Source: the human T2T-CHM13v2.0 reference genome, Homo sapiens
DNA length: 64,000 nucleotides
Reading direction: 5' to 3' (one strand)
Assembly: GCF_009914755.1 (NCBI RefSeq)
Contig: NC_060935.1
Below are positions 25,781 to 40,121 of the stretch, piece after piece (the first letter of the stretch is position 1; each line of letters starts with the position of its first letter). The notes below the pieces were generated by a model. It had not been told where the DNA came from. It did no database searches and saw only the letters and a program-made list of their open reading frames with translations. The translations under genes and the position numbers were made by a program.

Positions 25781-26829
25781 TGTCTCACAACTATTTATTT
25801 CAGTTCTATAATTCTGGAATGAAAGTGAGCAGAGGGAGACGGGGAGTCACACTCTCTGTGTCCAGACACATGGGCTGAGTGAATTCCACAGCTAAGTATG
25901 ACTTATATTTAGCTCATTTCCTGTTTTTGAGAATTAACAATGTCTGCATCTTAGTCAACAGGATTACAGCAAATTGAGTTTAAAATAAGAATTATTTATT
26001 ACATCAAACCATTAGATGAAATGTAAATAATTCTCCATTGAAAGTTCCTTGTAATCTCTCTTTTGGGTGGGGATTAGGGCACAGAGAGGAGCATAAGCAG
26101 ATTGTAGCCATGTTCTGATGGAGCTGAAATTGATAGACTTTGCAGATAATTTTTACATCAGGACGTCATCATCTTTATTCGAAGCCGTGTTTTTCATTCC
26201 TGGACTAAAACATTAAGTTCTTTTTAAATTCAGCATTTTCTAGTTCTTGGGTTCTTTCTCTCCATTTATTTCCTTGTACTTGACAAGGAATATTGGCCCA
26301 TGTTCTGAGGGAAATGCTTTTAAAACTAGGCTGGGGGTATTGCCCTTGTAAGGGTAATTTGGGATTATTGGCCCCTTTTTGTGAATGTCTGTGGAGATTC
26401 TCAGATCTGGAGTGGGAGCTGGGAAGTGGGTGTTTGGGTATTGTTCTTATTGGGAAGCCTTTAGGCTGAGACTCAGGTCAGTACTAGACTTAGCATTGTT
26501 ATGTTATTTTGTCCAGAGGAGGGTGAGGTAGTACAATCAGAGACGGGGAAACTGAGGTGGTGCTGCTTCTGGCTCAGCCTGACACTTGCAGTTCTAAGGT
26601 TATTATTTCATCTCTTAAGTTGGGCAAGTTTGTGTGTATGCTTTTGAGATGACAATAATATTTATAAAACATAATTCTGTGTTTTAGACCCTCCTACTCA
26701 TAGTAGTCTTATACATTCAATTTATACTTGAACTTGGTACTCTGTTTTTATAACAACTTGTTTATATGAGAATAGAGGCAGAGTAGAATGGTTAACCTAG
26801 GGACCTACCCCGTCCTAGTGGAAGGGGCA

Positions 26830-27200
26830 CTAGATTTGAATTTTGACTGCCCCTCACCAGATATATGAACTTGGAGAAGTCACTTAATCTCTGTAACCCT
26901 CAGTTTCCTCATCTGTGAAACAGGGCAGTGGCTTGTAGGGTGGTTTTGAGGAGTAAATAAAATTGTTTAGCATATTCCCTCATGGTAGACACCTGAGGAT
27001 GCTAATAGTAACAGGTTCATTTTATGTGAGAAGGCATCTGGTGTGGTTAAGATCTTGGGTCCTGGTGTCAGGCTGCAGGTTCAAATCCTGGCCCTGCCAC
27101 TCATTAGCTCTGCTCTGGTGATCATGTGACTTCTCTGTGCCACGGTCATATAGAGTGACCATGAGGATTAAATGAGGTGGTCTATATGAAATGCCACACT
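26830..27200 (+). mobile_element. Two MIR fragments
   Basis: cctcagtttcctcatctgtgaaa; gaggattaaatgag. Confidence 0.7.
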
Positions 27201-27324
27201 GTGCATCTTCAAAGACACAAGTCCCAGTTTTGCCATTTTGAATTTCATTTTTTTTTCTGTTTTGTGTCCAACTTTACTAAAACATTTGCTTATAATGGGG
27301 ACCTTTTTTCTTTTAATGTCACAG

Positions 27325-27398
27325 ATGATATTTCCCGTGTCAAACTTTCGGTCCAGACCCATTCAACGGATGACTACATCAATGCCAACTACATGCCT
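27325..27398 (+). CDS. PTPRJ: PTPRJ exon 20 (YDISRVKL..DYINANYMP)
   Basis: cacag|AT, CCT|gtaagt, 74 nt; DYINA motif. Confidence 0.96.
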
Positions 27399-27508
27399 GT
27401 AAGTTGGGGGACGGTCTCACAGCACTGGACTGTTTCGATGAAATCTTCAGTGTGCTTTGCTTCTTTCTGTTTCTTTGAGGTTGACTATGTGCTGTTTCCC
27501 ATTTTTAG

Positions 27509-27643
27509 GGCTACCACTCCAAGAAAGATTTTATTGCCACACAAGGACCTTTACCGAACACTTTGAAAGATTTTTGGCGTATGGTTTGGGAGAAAAATGT
27601 ATATGCCATCATTATGTTGACTAAATGTGTTGAACAGGGAAGA
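27509..27643 (+). CDS. PTPRJ: PTPRJ exon 21 ([24 protein letters not shown])
   Basis: tttttag|G, AGA|gtaagt, 135 nt; IATQGP and DFWxMVW motifs. Confidence 0.96.
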
Positions 27644-28099
27644 GTAAGTATCTTTTTTAGTTTTTAAAATTTAAAATTACATTAATTGCTTTTTATTGTG
27701 GCAGAAGGGTATCTTAAAAACCATTTGTTTCTTTAAAAAAACTCAAACATTAGCACTTTATTCTTATAAACTTGTTTTCTGTCTTTTTTTCCCCGTAAGA
27801 GAAATGTTTAAAAACATTCTTTAAACAATTCTATTTTGTCATTATCTTTTTTTTGGACAAATATCAGTGTCTTCTGTTTATTACGTTGCTGCTGGAGTTA
27901 GTAAATAGCAAAATCTCCCAGGCCTAGTGCAAGATGCTGTTCACGGTGTGGCTCTGTTCTTCATTGGCCCCATGAACACGGACAAGCCCATCATGTCTCT
28001 AAGCAACCGGTGTCTTCATCTGTGAGATGAGGGTTTTCATCAGCTCCATGATTTTCAAATTTAGGTTGAGCACTGAACCCCTCCTGCCTCCACCCCAGG

Positions 28100-28791
28100 T
28101 TTTTTTTTTTTTTTTTTTGAGACAGGGTCTCCTCTGTCAGCCAGCCTGGAGTGCAGTGGTGCGATCATGGCTCACTACAGCTTTGAATTCCTGGGCTCCC
28201 TCCCACTTCAGCCTCCTGTGTAGCTGGGACTACAGGCGTGCACCACATGCCTGGATAATTTTTTTTATTTTTAGTGGAGGCAAGGTCTCACTGTGTTGCC
28301 CAGGCTGGTGTCAAACTCCTGACCTCAAGTGATCCTGCTTCCTTGGCCTCCCAAAGTGTTGGGATTACAGGCGTGAGCCATCACACCTGGCCTGGAACCA
28401 TTTCTTTAAGCAAAATCTCAGACTTATCCCTGGATAAGCCTCAGCAGCCTCCTCTCTCCTGCAACGTCCTGAAATCCCTCTTCTGCTTCCATCAAAGATA
28501 AGATTTTTTTTTTTTAGATGGAGTCTCACTCTGTCGCCAGGCTGGAGTGCCGTGGTGTGATCTTGGCTTTTGCAACCTCCGACTCCCTGGTTCAAGCGAT
28601 TCTCCTGCCTCAGCCTCCCAAGTAGCTGGGATTACAGGCAGGCGCCACCATGCCCAGCTACTTTTTGTATTTTTAGTAGAGACAGGGTTTCACTATGTTG
28701 GCCAGGATGGTCTCAATCTCCTGACCTTGTGGTCCACCTGCCTTGGCCTCCCAAAGTGCTGGATTGCAGATGTGAGCCACCGCCCCTGGCC
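28100..28791 (-). mobile_element. Two antisense Alus (AluJ ~28100-28393; AluS ~28504-28791)
   Basis: Dimeric Alu reverse complements. Confidence 0.9.
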
Positions 28792-29309
28792 AATATTTTT
28801 TATAGTAATAAAATTCTGCATTTCCATGAATTGATGTGAAGAGAACTGAAAAACACATGCTAATCTAAAAAAATGCTGTGCCTTAGGAATGGGACTTAAT
28901 GTTGCTTTATGAGTTGTTTTTAAGTGTAGGTTCATTGCTTGAGGAATAGGATTCGATTCCTTAAGCCAGTGGATCTCAAACTTTAGCATCCATCAGCATC
29001 ACCAGGAGGGTGGTTCTACCCTCAGAGTTTCTAATTCGGAATTGCGTTTCTGCCAGTTTCTGGGTGATCCTACTGCTGTGGCACCAGGGTGCACACTTGG
29101 AGTGGTACTGTCCCCAGGATAGTGGGAGCCCTTCAGGCATCATTTCTTTTATTGTTCTTTAATTCATGGTAAGCTAGCAGATGTTTATCCAGCCCCTGGT
29201 ATATGTAAGATCCTGTGCTAGGGGCTGAGGATGGAGGAGGGAAAGATAACAGAGCAGTAAGAGATGACGCCCATCCTCATGTTGCTTGTGATAGAGGGTG
29301 GGCTCCTTA

Positions 29310-29722
<413 letters not shown>

Positions 29723-30177
29723 TTATACATGAAACATTCTTATAAATCTATCTGTTAGACAAACAAAAATGACATAATTACATTAATGGAGAACATGAAG
29801 ATGAATTTAAATGGTCTTTTGTTCATCTAAAATCAAGATTGAAGTTAGTCTTAGTGACCCTGGGTGAATGGGGAAGGGAGTGTATTTTCTGCACTAGATT
29901 CTCCATATATGTTATTTTTTTTCTGTAACAACCCTGTGAGGTATTATGATTTCATAGATGAGGTAACTGAGGCTTGGGGAGTTTAAGAACTTGCCCACAA
30001 GGTAGGAACAAAAATATACCTGGTAAGAGGCTGAGCTGGGAATCAACTCCATGTCAGTGTGTATCCAGATCCTGGGTTGTTTCTTTGGAACCTGGGTCTT
30101 TAAAGAAATACAGATCCCGCAGCCAGAGTCAGAATCTCTGGAGGTAGAACCCAGGCATCTCTTTTTAAACAAAACAA

Positions 30178-30526
<349 letters not shown>

Positions 30527-30576
30527 TCAATTAGCTTTGAAAACTACCAGCAGTAGAGCACACCTTAGAATACTGA

Positions 30577-30634
30577 GTGTGTGTGCGTGTGTGTGTATGT
30601 GGGGGGTGTGTGTGTGTGTGTATGTGGGGGGTGT

Positions 30635-30680
<46 letters not shown>
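30577..30680. repeat. (TG)n microsatellite, interrupted
   Basis: Directly visible. Confidence 0.95.
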
Positions 30681-30682
<2 letters not shown>

Positions 30683-31131
30683 TCATTTGCCAAATGGGTA
30701 TTCAGATATTCTTGGAGAGCAGGTGTTTCCTGGTTATTTCTGTTCACATCTGCCCACCAACTTTATAGAAATCAAAGACCCCAGAATGATTTAATTTGAT
30801 TTTCTTTATTGGTGTGTGTATTTGTATTGCAACCGATGTATATCTGAAAGCCTTGGGAAAAAGTCCTCATTTCTTCCAGCTGTCTGGGGTTATGGGAGAA
30901 GATGAGGTCAGTGAACAGTTGTGGTGGCTACTCTAGGGGCAAAGGGAGCTGGATGGGGACTGTGTCCTAGGTCAAGGGACAGCTGCTGCTCTGCTCTAAA
31001 TCAATTTTCATGCTGAAAGCAGGGCCTGTTGTAGGCAGATCTGATTTTTAAAGAGAAAATAAGTCTGGATTTTTATGAGAAATTTTAAGAGTTGGCAAGA
31101 ATTGTAAATTAAAAAAAGAAAAAACAATTCC

Positions 31132-31306
31132 AACAGGTGCTGTGGTGTGCCCATAGACCCAGCTACTTGGGAGGCTGAGGCATGAGGATTGCTTGAGTGC
31201 AGGAATTGGAGGTGGTAGTGTGCTATGATCTCATTTGTGAATAGCCACCACACTCCAGCCTGGGCAGCATAGTGAGACCCTGTCTCTATAAAATAAAATA
31301 AAAAAA
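31132..31306 (+). mobile_element. FAM fossil Alu monomer
   Basis: gtgtgctatgatc..tgtgaatagccac 7SL-derived segment typical of FAM. Confidence 0.75.
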
Positions 31307-31449
31307 TTCGAAGGGTCAAACAAAACCCAACTAGAAGGTCTGATTCCATCTCTGATGCCAGTTTTCAATAGCCAGTCTCCCTTGTGAGGTTTTAGTGATG
31401 GCAGATGGCATGATCTGAGTCTTCTTATAAAAATGCAATTTTGTTCTAG

Positions 31450-31569
31450 ACCAAATGTGAGGAGTATTGGCCCTCCAAGCAGGCTCAGGACTATGGAGAC
31501 ATAACTGTGGCAATGACATCAGAAATTGTTCTTCCGGAATGGACCATCAGAGATTTCACAGTGAAAAAT
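31450..31569 (+). CDS. PTPRJ: PTPRJ exon 22 (TKCEEYWP..FTVKN)
   Basis: ttctag|A, AAT|gtaagt, 120 nt; KCxxYWP motif. Confidence 0.96.
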
Positions 31570-32418
31570 GTAAGTAAGAAGTCAGGATCAGTTGAGCTCA
31601 TGTAATTACCATATGTTAATTTGGGGGTGATATGTTTTAGGTTGATATTAACTAATATGTTTTCCTATGCAGTGAGAAATGTTTTGCTTCTTTCCTTTCA
31701 GAACAGAACAATCCATATGCATGTATACTCCAAGGCAACCCCTTGACTTTTCTGGGAAATTTACTTTCTTGGGAATAACCTAAGTTATTTCTGAATAAAA
31801 TGAATCTTAAGAGCATGGCTCTACATCAGGAACTCTTTCCTTTCTTTCCACTTCCAGGTGACTTGCTCATAGATTTTACAGAACAAACTGTAGCCTTTTG
31901 GATTATTTGGTTAGAAATATGGCATCAGGAGCGGCCACTTGCTGTTAGGAGTAATTGATAACAGTTACATTAATAGGATTCCAGGGCATATGCACATGGC
32001 CTCCCTTCCCCTCAAAATTTACAAAAGCAAATCCAATTAAATTGTGCAGGCATTCTAGGAAGTCAAGTTTATGTGCCTTTTTTCTTTTTCAAGGATGCTT
32101 TGAAAATAGAGGCAGTGCCATGAAGCAGCATTGGTATCTGTTGATGGGTGTGTGCATTGGCATAACTCTCTGCTGTTTATATCACAGGCCTAAACATTAG
32201 GCATGTGCTGGCTTGAAGTCTGAGACTATCCTAAGGAAATAATCTGAAATGCAACCAAAGGCTTATTCAGAAAGACGAGTCTCAGCATTATTTATAATAG
32301 AGGAAAACTTTGGAAACCATGCAGACATGGTTTTGTAGCTTTTGTAGCTTTTGCAGAATGGATAACTTAACTATGACTCGTCTGCTTATAATATCATTAT
32401 TCAGCTATTAGAAATGAT

Positions 32419-32754
<336 letters not shown>

Positions 32755-33122
32755 TTACCATGGGGACATGGTAGGATGTAATGTAAGAGAAACATTCTAG
32801 GAGATGAAAATGTATGCATATTATGAATAGTGCATAAAAGGAAAGCCGGGAAGTATAGATTCACTGGAGTTGAATCTTGAATCTTTTGGGTGGGTTTTGG
32901 GGGTTGATGGGTTAGGGTCTAGTTTATGAGATTATCCTTGAAGATTCCACAAGTCATGGATAAAGTATAGTATATTAAGTAGTAATTCTTTACTAATTGC
33001 TGTGTCTCAAAGGGTCTGGCCTCAATATTTCAGTTCCTCCTCTGGAGATGCCATCAAAGCTGTTACCATGATCTGGCCACCTAAATAATGCAGCTCACAG
33101 TAGTAGAAAAATGTCATGCTTA

Positions 33123-33439
<317 letters not shown>

Positions 33440-33840
33440 TGTCATGCTTATTTCTATAGATTTTGCTCATTTGAACTGACTGGCTTCTCCTTGGTTGCCT
33501 CCACTGCTTGGGGCTTACCTTGTGGAGGGGAATTTAGGACGGAGTTGTCCACATCATTTTTAAAAATTGCTGTTACTATGATTATTATTTTTTATTAACT
33601 AAACTCCAGACTTTATTCAGATTTCATGTTTTTCCACTAAAGCCTTGTTTTGTTCCTGGCTCTGATCCAGGACACCACATGGCATTTAGTACCATGTTAT
33701 TTTTTAATTATACAAAATGCCTGAATACATTTTCCTTTAGAAAATCGAGAAATTACAAACAGAGCTAAAGATTTCCTTTGACTACCACCCCTAACCTGAG
33801 CCCCTTTGCCCCTCCACGAAGATAATACTAAGTATAACCC

Positions 33841-33970
33841 TCCTCACTTCTCCCTCTTCCTCTCCCCCTCCTTCTCCCCTTGCCCGCTCCCACTCCCTTT
33901 CCTCTCCCTCCTCCCTCTCCCTCCTCCCTCTCCCTCCCTTTTTCTTCCTCTTCCCCCACCTCCATCTCTC
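33841..33970. repeat. Polypyrimidine low-complexity tract
   Basis: Directly visible. Confidence 0.8.
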
Positions 33971-34984
33971 ACAGCTGGTTTCTGTCTTTGGATCAGTACT
34001 TCTGGTTAAATGTGTGAATGTTAACTTTATCTGTGATGAGGTCTTCTAGCACCTCTCCCTTCACTCTGTCTGTTTTTCCTGTTTTCCAAATTTTGAATAC
34101 TGCACATTCTTATCATGAATATACATTTCAAAAAATGAGTGTCAAAGGGCAGCTGTCATAATGGAGATGGAAATGCCTGCAGTGCAGATGTAGGTCACAT
34201 GGGTACGGATGTAGGTCACATGGGTATGGTCATTCCCTGGTATGGGCATAACGAGTACAGCTGAGTCAGGGACAGGACTCGCCCCAGCTGGGGTGGGCTT
34301 CTGGTGCTTCAAGGTATATGCTTTGGTATGAGGTAGGGAACCAGTCTGTGTAATAATGAGCTCTATTGTCTTTCAGATGTTGAAATGGATGGTTTTTTGG
34401 GGGAGTCCTTTCTCAGCTCTCTCCAATTCTAAATATTTGCATGGTGCTTGCTAGTGGCCTGTCACTTTATTCACTTCTCTAGGGGACATAGTGAATTATG
34501 AGGCCATTCTTGCCTAGAAGGCACTGATTATCATGGTGTATTTGAGTAAATTATTTTTGGTTTTATTGTCAGTGACATTCCCAGGGGGGCTCGGGGATGG
34601 GGCTCATGCAGCTCTAAGGAGGTGCAGGTGTAAGAATGTGAGTTCATTATTGATAGGCAGCTGTGGCAGGAAGGGAAGGATCTGAATGCAGAATTGGAGG
34701 ATGAGGGACTTCTGTTGCATCTGAAATCAGTGTTGGGGAAATGACTTCACTTCTGTGAATCTCTGCTGCCTCATCTTTAAAGGGGGATAATAAACTCTCC
34801 TTCTTGAGCATATTGTGAGGGTTTGATGAGCAAGCACTTTATCAGCTGCTGTGCAAATGTAAAGTTTAATTTTTAGTCATTACAACTCCTGGTTAGTACT
34901 CAGGCTCTGCTTGATTTCCCCTGCCTTTTTGATGTTGTTAGGCAGCCTTTCTGTCTGGATCTAAATCATTTTCTGGGCTTTTAG

Positions 34985-35145
34985 ATCCAGACAAGTGAGA
35001 GTCACCCTCTGAGACAGTTCCATTTCACCTCCTGGCCAGACCACGGTGTTCCCGACACCACTGACCTGCTCATCAACTTCCGGTACCTCGTTCGTGACTA
35101 CATGAAGCAGAGTCCTCCCGAATCGCCGATTCTGGTGCATTGCAG
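34985..35145 (+). CDS. PTPRJ: PTPRJ exon 23 (WPDHGVP loop..ILVHC; catalytic Cys1239)
   Basis: ttttag|A, AG|gtacgc, 161 nt. Confidence 0.96.
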
Positions 35146-35310
35146 GTACGCAGATGGCACGTCACGTGTGACAGATTTCAAATGTCATTATATATTTATG
35201 AGCACTTTACAAAAGCAAAGCCTAAGAGGGAATGTAATAGGCATTTATGAATTCAGGAAAGGTTTGGATAAGGAACCATGGACTTACTCCCTAAGCCCTG
35301 AGCTTCCAAA

Positions 35311-35520
35311 ACAGGGGTTGGCAAACTGTAACCCATGGATCAAATCTGGTCAGCTGCTGTTTTTGTAAATAACATTTTCTAGGAACACAGCATGCCCATT
35401 TATTTATATATTGTTTATGGTTGCTTTTCTGCTACAGTGACAGAAAGAGACCATATGGTTTGCAAAGCTTAAGATGTTAACTATCTGGCCCTTTACTGAA
35501 AAAGTTTGCCAACCCCTAAC
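35311..35520. mobile_element. MER58A-like DNA transposon
   Basis: TIRs caggggttggcaaact / agtttgccaaccccta. Confidence 0.8.
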
Positions 35521-35906
35521 AATAAGAAGTTAGCTTTGAAGCTAAAGGAATTAATTTAGGACAGAAGACAGGAGGGGCTCTGTTGCCCAGTGGGGAAAAA
35601 ATGGCTAAAATGTGCCGCCATCCTGGGTTATGGGCAACTTGAATGGAACTGAGATTGAAGAAGCTTGAGCAAAGGGTTATATGTGTGGCATCTGACTCAA
35701 ATGTGAGTTTGGGACTTAGGCCCCAGTCCCAAGCTAGTGCTGTCTGACTTGCTGAGGCTTCAACTGAGCAAATGTGTACTGATCCTGTGCATTGCCCTCA
35801 AAGTGTGACAGTGAAGGAAAGCAAGATATATGTACAAATGAGGAACTCTAAGAGGGTTGCAGTCGAGGGAACCCACTGTAATAGGCTTATTTCTCTTTTC
35901 TCTCAG

Positions 35907-36042
35907 TGCTGGGGTCGGAAGGACGGGCACTTTCATTGCCATTGATCGTCTCATCTACCAGATAGAGAATGAGAACACCGTGGATGTGTATGGGATTGTG
36001 TATGACCTTCGAATGCATAGGCCTTTAATGGTGCAGACAGAG
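35907..36042 (+). CDS. PTPRJ: PTPRJ exon 24 ([13 protein letters not shown])
   Basis: tctcag|T, GAG|gtgagg, 136 nt; completes HCSAGVGR P-loop and Q-loop. Confidence 0.96.
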
Positions 36043-36046
36043 GTGA

Positions 36047-36394
<348 letters not shown>

Positions 36395-37325
36395 CCTTCC
36401 CCTCCATTTTTAAAAGGTTGCATTGTGTCATGCACTTGTGTTAAAATATGTCACCCTTCCAGATCTTTCCAGCTCTTGGCTGTGAACTAACACTGGATTT
36501 CTTTGCAGACTTTAAGCTGACTTGGAATTAAATTACCCAATACAAGTGACATAGTAGTACTGATGTCAGTAATGGAACTACTACTGAGATAGTGTCAGGA
36601 TTCTTTACCTTGCTGCCTCTGACTCATTAAATAATCTTAGGACATCTTTGAACTTTGGCTTCCAGGTTTTAAACTCATAAAACTGGTATTTTCCAGTCTT
36701 TGTTTCTAAGAAGGTCTGACCATCTTTAAAATAAGCTAATGAAACAAACTCATCAAACATTAATGATGTGACATATCATAATGCTGCTTAAATGTTAATA
36801 CAGCAATTTATCCTCACCCAGACTTGTACATTTTAAAGACTATCAATTATCATAGCTACAGAAGGGTGGCTGACCAGCGGAGAAAAGGAACACTTAATAT
36901 CTATGGTATAGTTTCTGTACTACTGCTGGATTTGGTTTTACCCAAACTGTTACTGAGAAGTGTTTTTGAGGCATGTTTTCAACAGAACATATTGCAAAGT
37001 TGCTTTCCTCAAAGGGGTGAATGTTCCTTGACCAGGATGAGAGCAGAATATTAATTTTGTATCAGGCTATCGTCCTGTACCGATTTAGAACTCTATGAAT
37101 ATGTGCTGTGTTTTTGAGTCTAGCAGGGAATGTTCTAGATGCCTGGGTACATTGCGTGCTCTGGGGTGAGCTTGGTGGTTGTTGTGGAAAGAGTGAAATT
37201 CAACTCCTGTGTTGGTCAAAAGAGAGATTTTCTTTTTTCTGCTATAATTATATAAAGTAGTATTTCTCAATCTTTTATCCTTTTTTGAGAAACATAGAAC
37301 TCTTATCCCTGCTACTAGAGTCTAA

Positions 37326-38144
<819 letters not shown>

Positions 38145-38733
38145 AGATCCTGTTTTATGTATGTTGCTTCTCTGTGATTTTTTTTCTCCTCTTATAATAT
38201 CATGGATATTTTTCTGTGTCAGCTTATACCCTTGTTTCCTCTTTTCTTCATCACTATCCACAGATTCTGATATACCTACCTGAAGGATAGTCCTCATCCA
38301 GCTCCACCTGATCATCTCCTTTTAACCTCGCTCCTCGGTTGAGCATTACAGTTGATTCTTACTCTGTACAGTCTCACTAGCCAAGGCAATCTTGTTGGAC
38401 ATTTGATTGTTCGAATGTGTGTGTGCATTTTTTCCTCTACATTTCCTCCTTCCTTTGCCCTTCCCTGAGACTGTGGCATTTTTCCTTGGGGAGGGGAGGT
38501 GTGGAGTGTGCTCTTCTGGTTGAGAATCATTGAGGAAGGACATCTTGCTTCTGTGATTTCAGATTTCACTGCAATGTTGTTACCTCTTGAAACATGTTCG
38601 CTTGAACCGTTTGCTGTTGGGTGGATGGGGTTTGGGAGTTGGGCGGGGGAATGACCTGTTTGAAAATAATTTTGGGTGCTAATTTCTGGGACCCATGTTC
38701 ATTTTCTGTCTCTCTCTTTCGTTTTTCTATCAG

Positions 38734-38892
38734 GACCAGTATGTTTTCCTCAATCAGTGTGTTTTGGATATTGTCAGATCCCAGAAAGACTCAAAAGTAG
38801 ATCTTATCTACCAGAACACAACTGCAATGACAATCTATGAAAACCTTGCGCCCGTGACCACATTTGGAAAGACCAATGGTTACATCGCCTAA
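38734..38892 (+). CDS. PTPRJ: PTPRJ exon 25 coding part (DQYVF..TNGYIA*)
   Basis: atcag|G acceptor, TAA 38890-38892; Y1311/Y1320 and terminal PDZ-binding GYIA. Confidence 0.97.
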   Translation, partial: DQYVFLNQCVLDIVRSQKDSKVDLIYQNTTAMTIYENLAPVTTFGKTNGYIA

Positions 38893-40059
38893 TTCCAAAG
38901 GAATAACCTTTCTGGAGTGAACCAGACCGTCGCACCCACAGCGAAGGCACATGCCCCGATGTCGACATGTTTTTATATGTCTAATATCTTAATTCTTTGT
39001 TCTGTTTTGTGAGAACTAATTTTGAGGGCATGAAGCTGCATATGATAGATGACAAATTGGGGCTGTCGGGGGCTGTGGATGGGTGGGGAGCAAATCATCT
39101 GCATTCCTGATGACCAATGGGATGAGGTCACTTTTTTTTTTTTTCCCCCTTGAGGATTGTGGAAAACCAGGAAAAGGGAGCTATGATTTTTTTTTCCAAA
39201 ACAATTTCTTTTTTAAAAAAGACTATTTTATATGATTCACATGCTAAAGCCAGGATTGTGTTGGGTTGAATATATTTTAAGTATCAGAGGTCTATTTTTA
39301 CCTACTGTGTCTTGGAATCTAGCCGATGGAAAATACCTAATTGTGGATGATGATTGCGCAGGGAGGGGTACGTGGCACCTCTTCCGAATGGGTTTTCTAT
39401 TTGAACATGTGCCTTTTCTGAATTATGCTTCCACAGGCAAAACTCAGTAGAGATCTATATTTTTGTACTGAATCTCATAATTGGAATATACGGAATATTT
39501 AAACAGTAGCTTAGCATCAGAGGTTTGCTTCCTCAGTAACATTTCTGTTCTCATTTGATCAGGGGAGGCCTCTTTGCCCCGACCCCGCTTCCCCTGCCCC
39601 CTGTACATTTGTGCTCCATTTTTTCTTCCCTTTTCCCTCCCAGTTTTCTCCAAAGACTCTTCTGTTGGCAACATTTTCAACCCATTGGTTGGGTGAGAAT
39701 GGCGACTCAAATATCACCTTGAGAATTTCTGTGGGTGGGAATGGGAGAAGCAGAGGAATCCTACAGTGGCAGAAATCCTTTTCTTGTCCCTGTATTATCC
39801 TTTTTCTCATGTCTGTATTTGGTATGAAGGATTATTTAAAGGTGCAATATGTGAATTAGTGATTCATGATGTTCTAGGTTTTTAGTAACGTTTTACTCAG
39901 GTTGGCATTTTATGTGTCTGTGTCTGTATGTGTGTGTGTATGTTCAGAAGCGTGGCAATCTGTGAACACTTCAGCGTGAATTCAGTGTCAGATTAATCCC
40001 TCCTTCCCCAAAGTCCACTGGCTTTCGTCTCTCTCTGCCGTGACACATATCGGAATCTA

Positions 40060-40062
<3 letters not shown>

Positions 40063-40117
<55 letters not shown>
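40063..40117. repeat. Pure (TA)n microsatellite in 3' UTR
   Basis: ~27 uninterrupted TA units. Confidence 0.95.

Positions 40118-40121
<4 letters not shown>

Noticed and set aside
30537-30794. Cys/Val and His/Thr repeat ORFs
   Set aside because: Translation of a (TG)n microsatellite.
38893-39012. Open frame continuing ~39 codons past the PTPRJ stop (possible readthrough)
   Set aside because: TAA-T is not a leaky context (no TGA-CTAG), this length is expected by chance, and extension would mask the PDZ motif.
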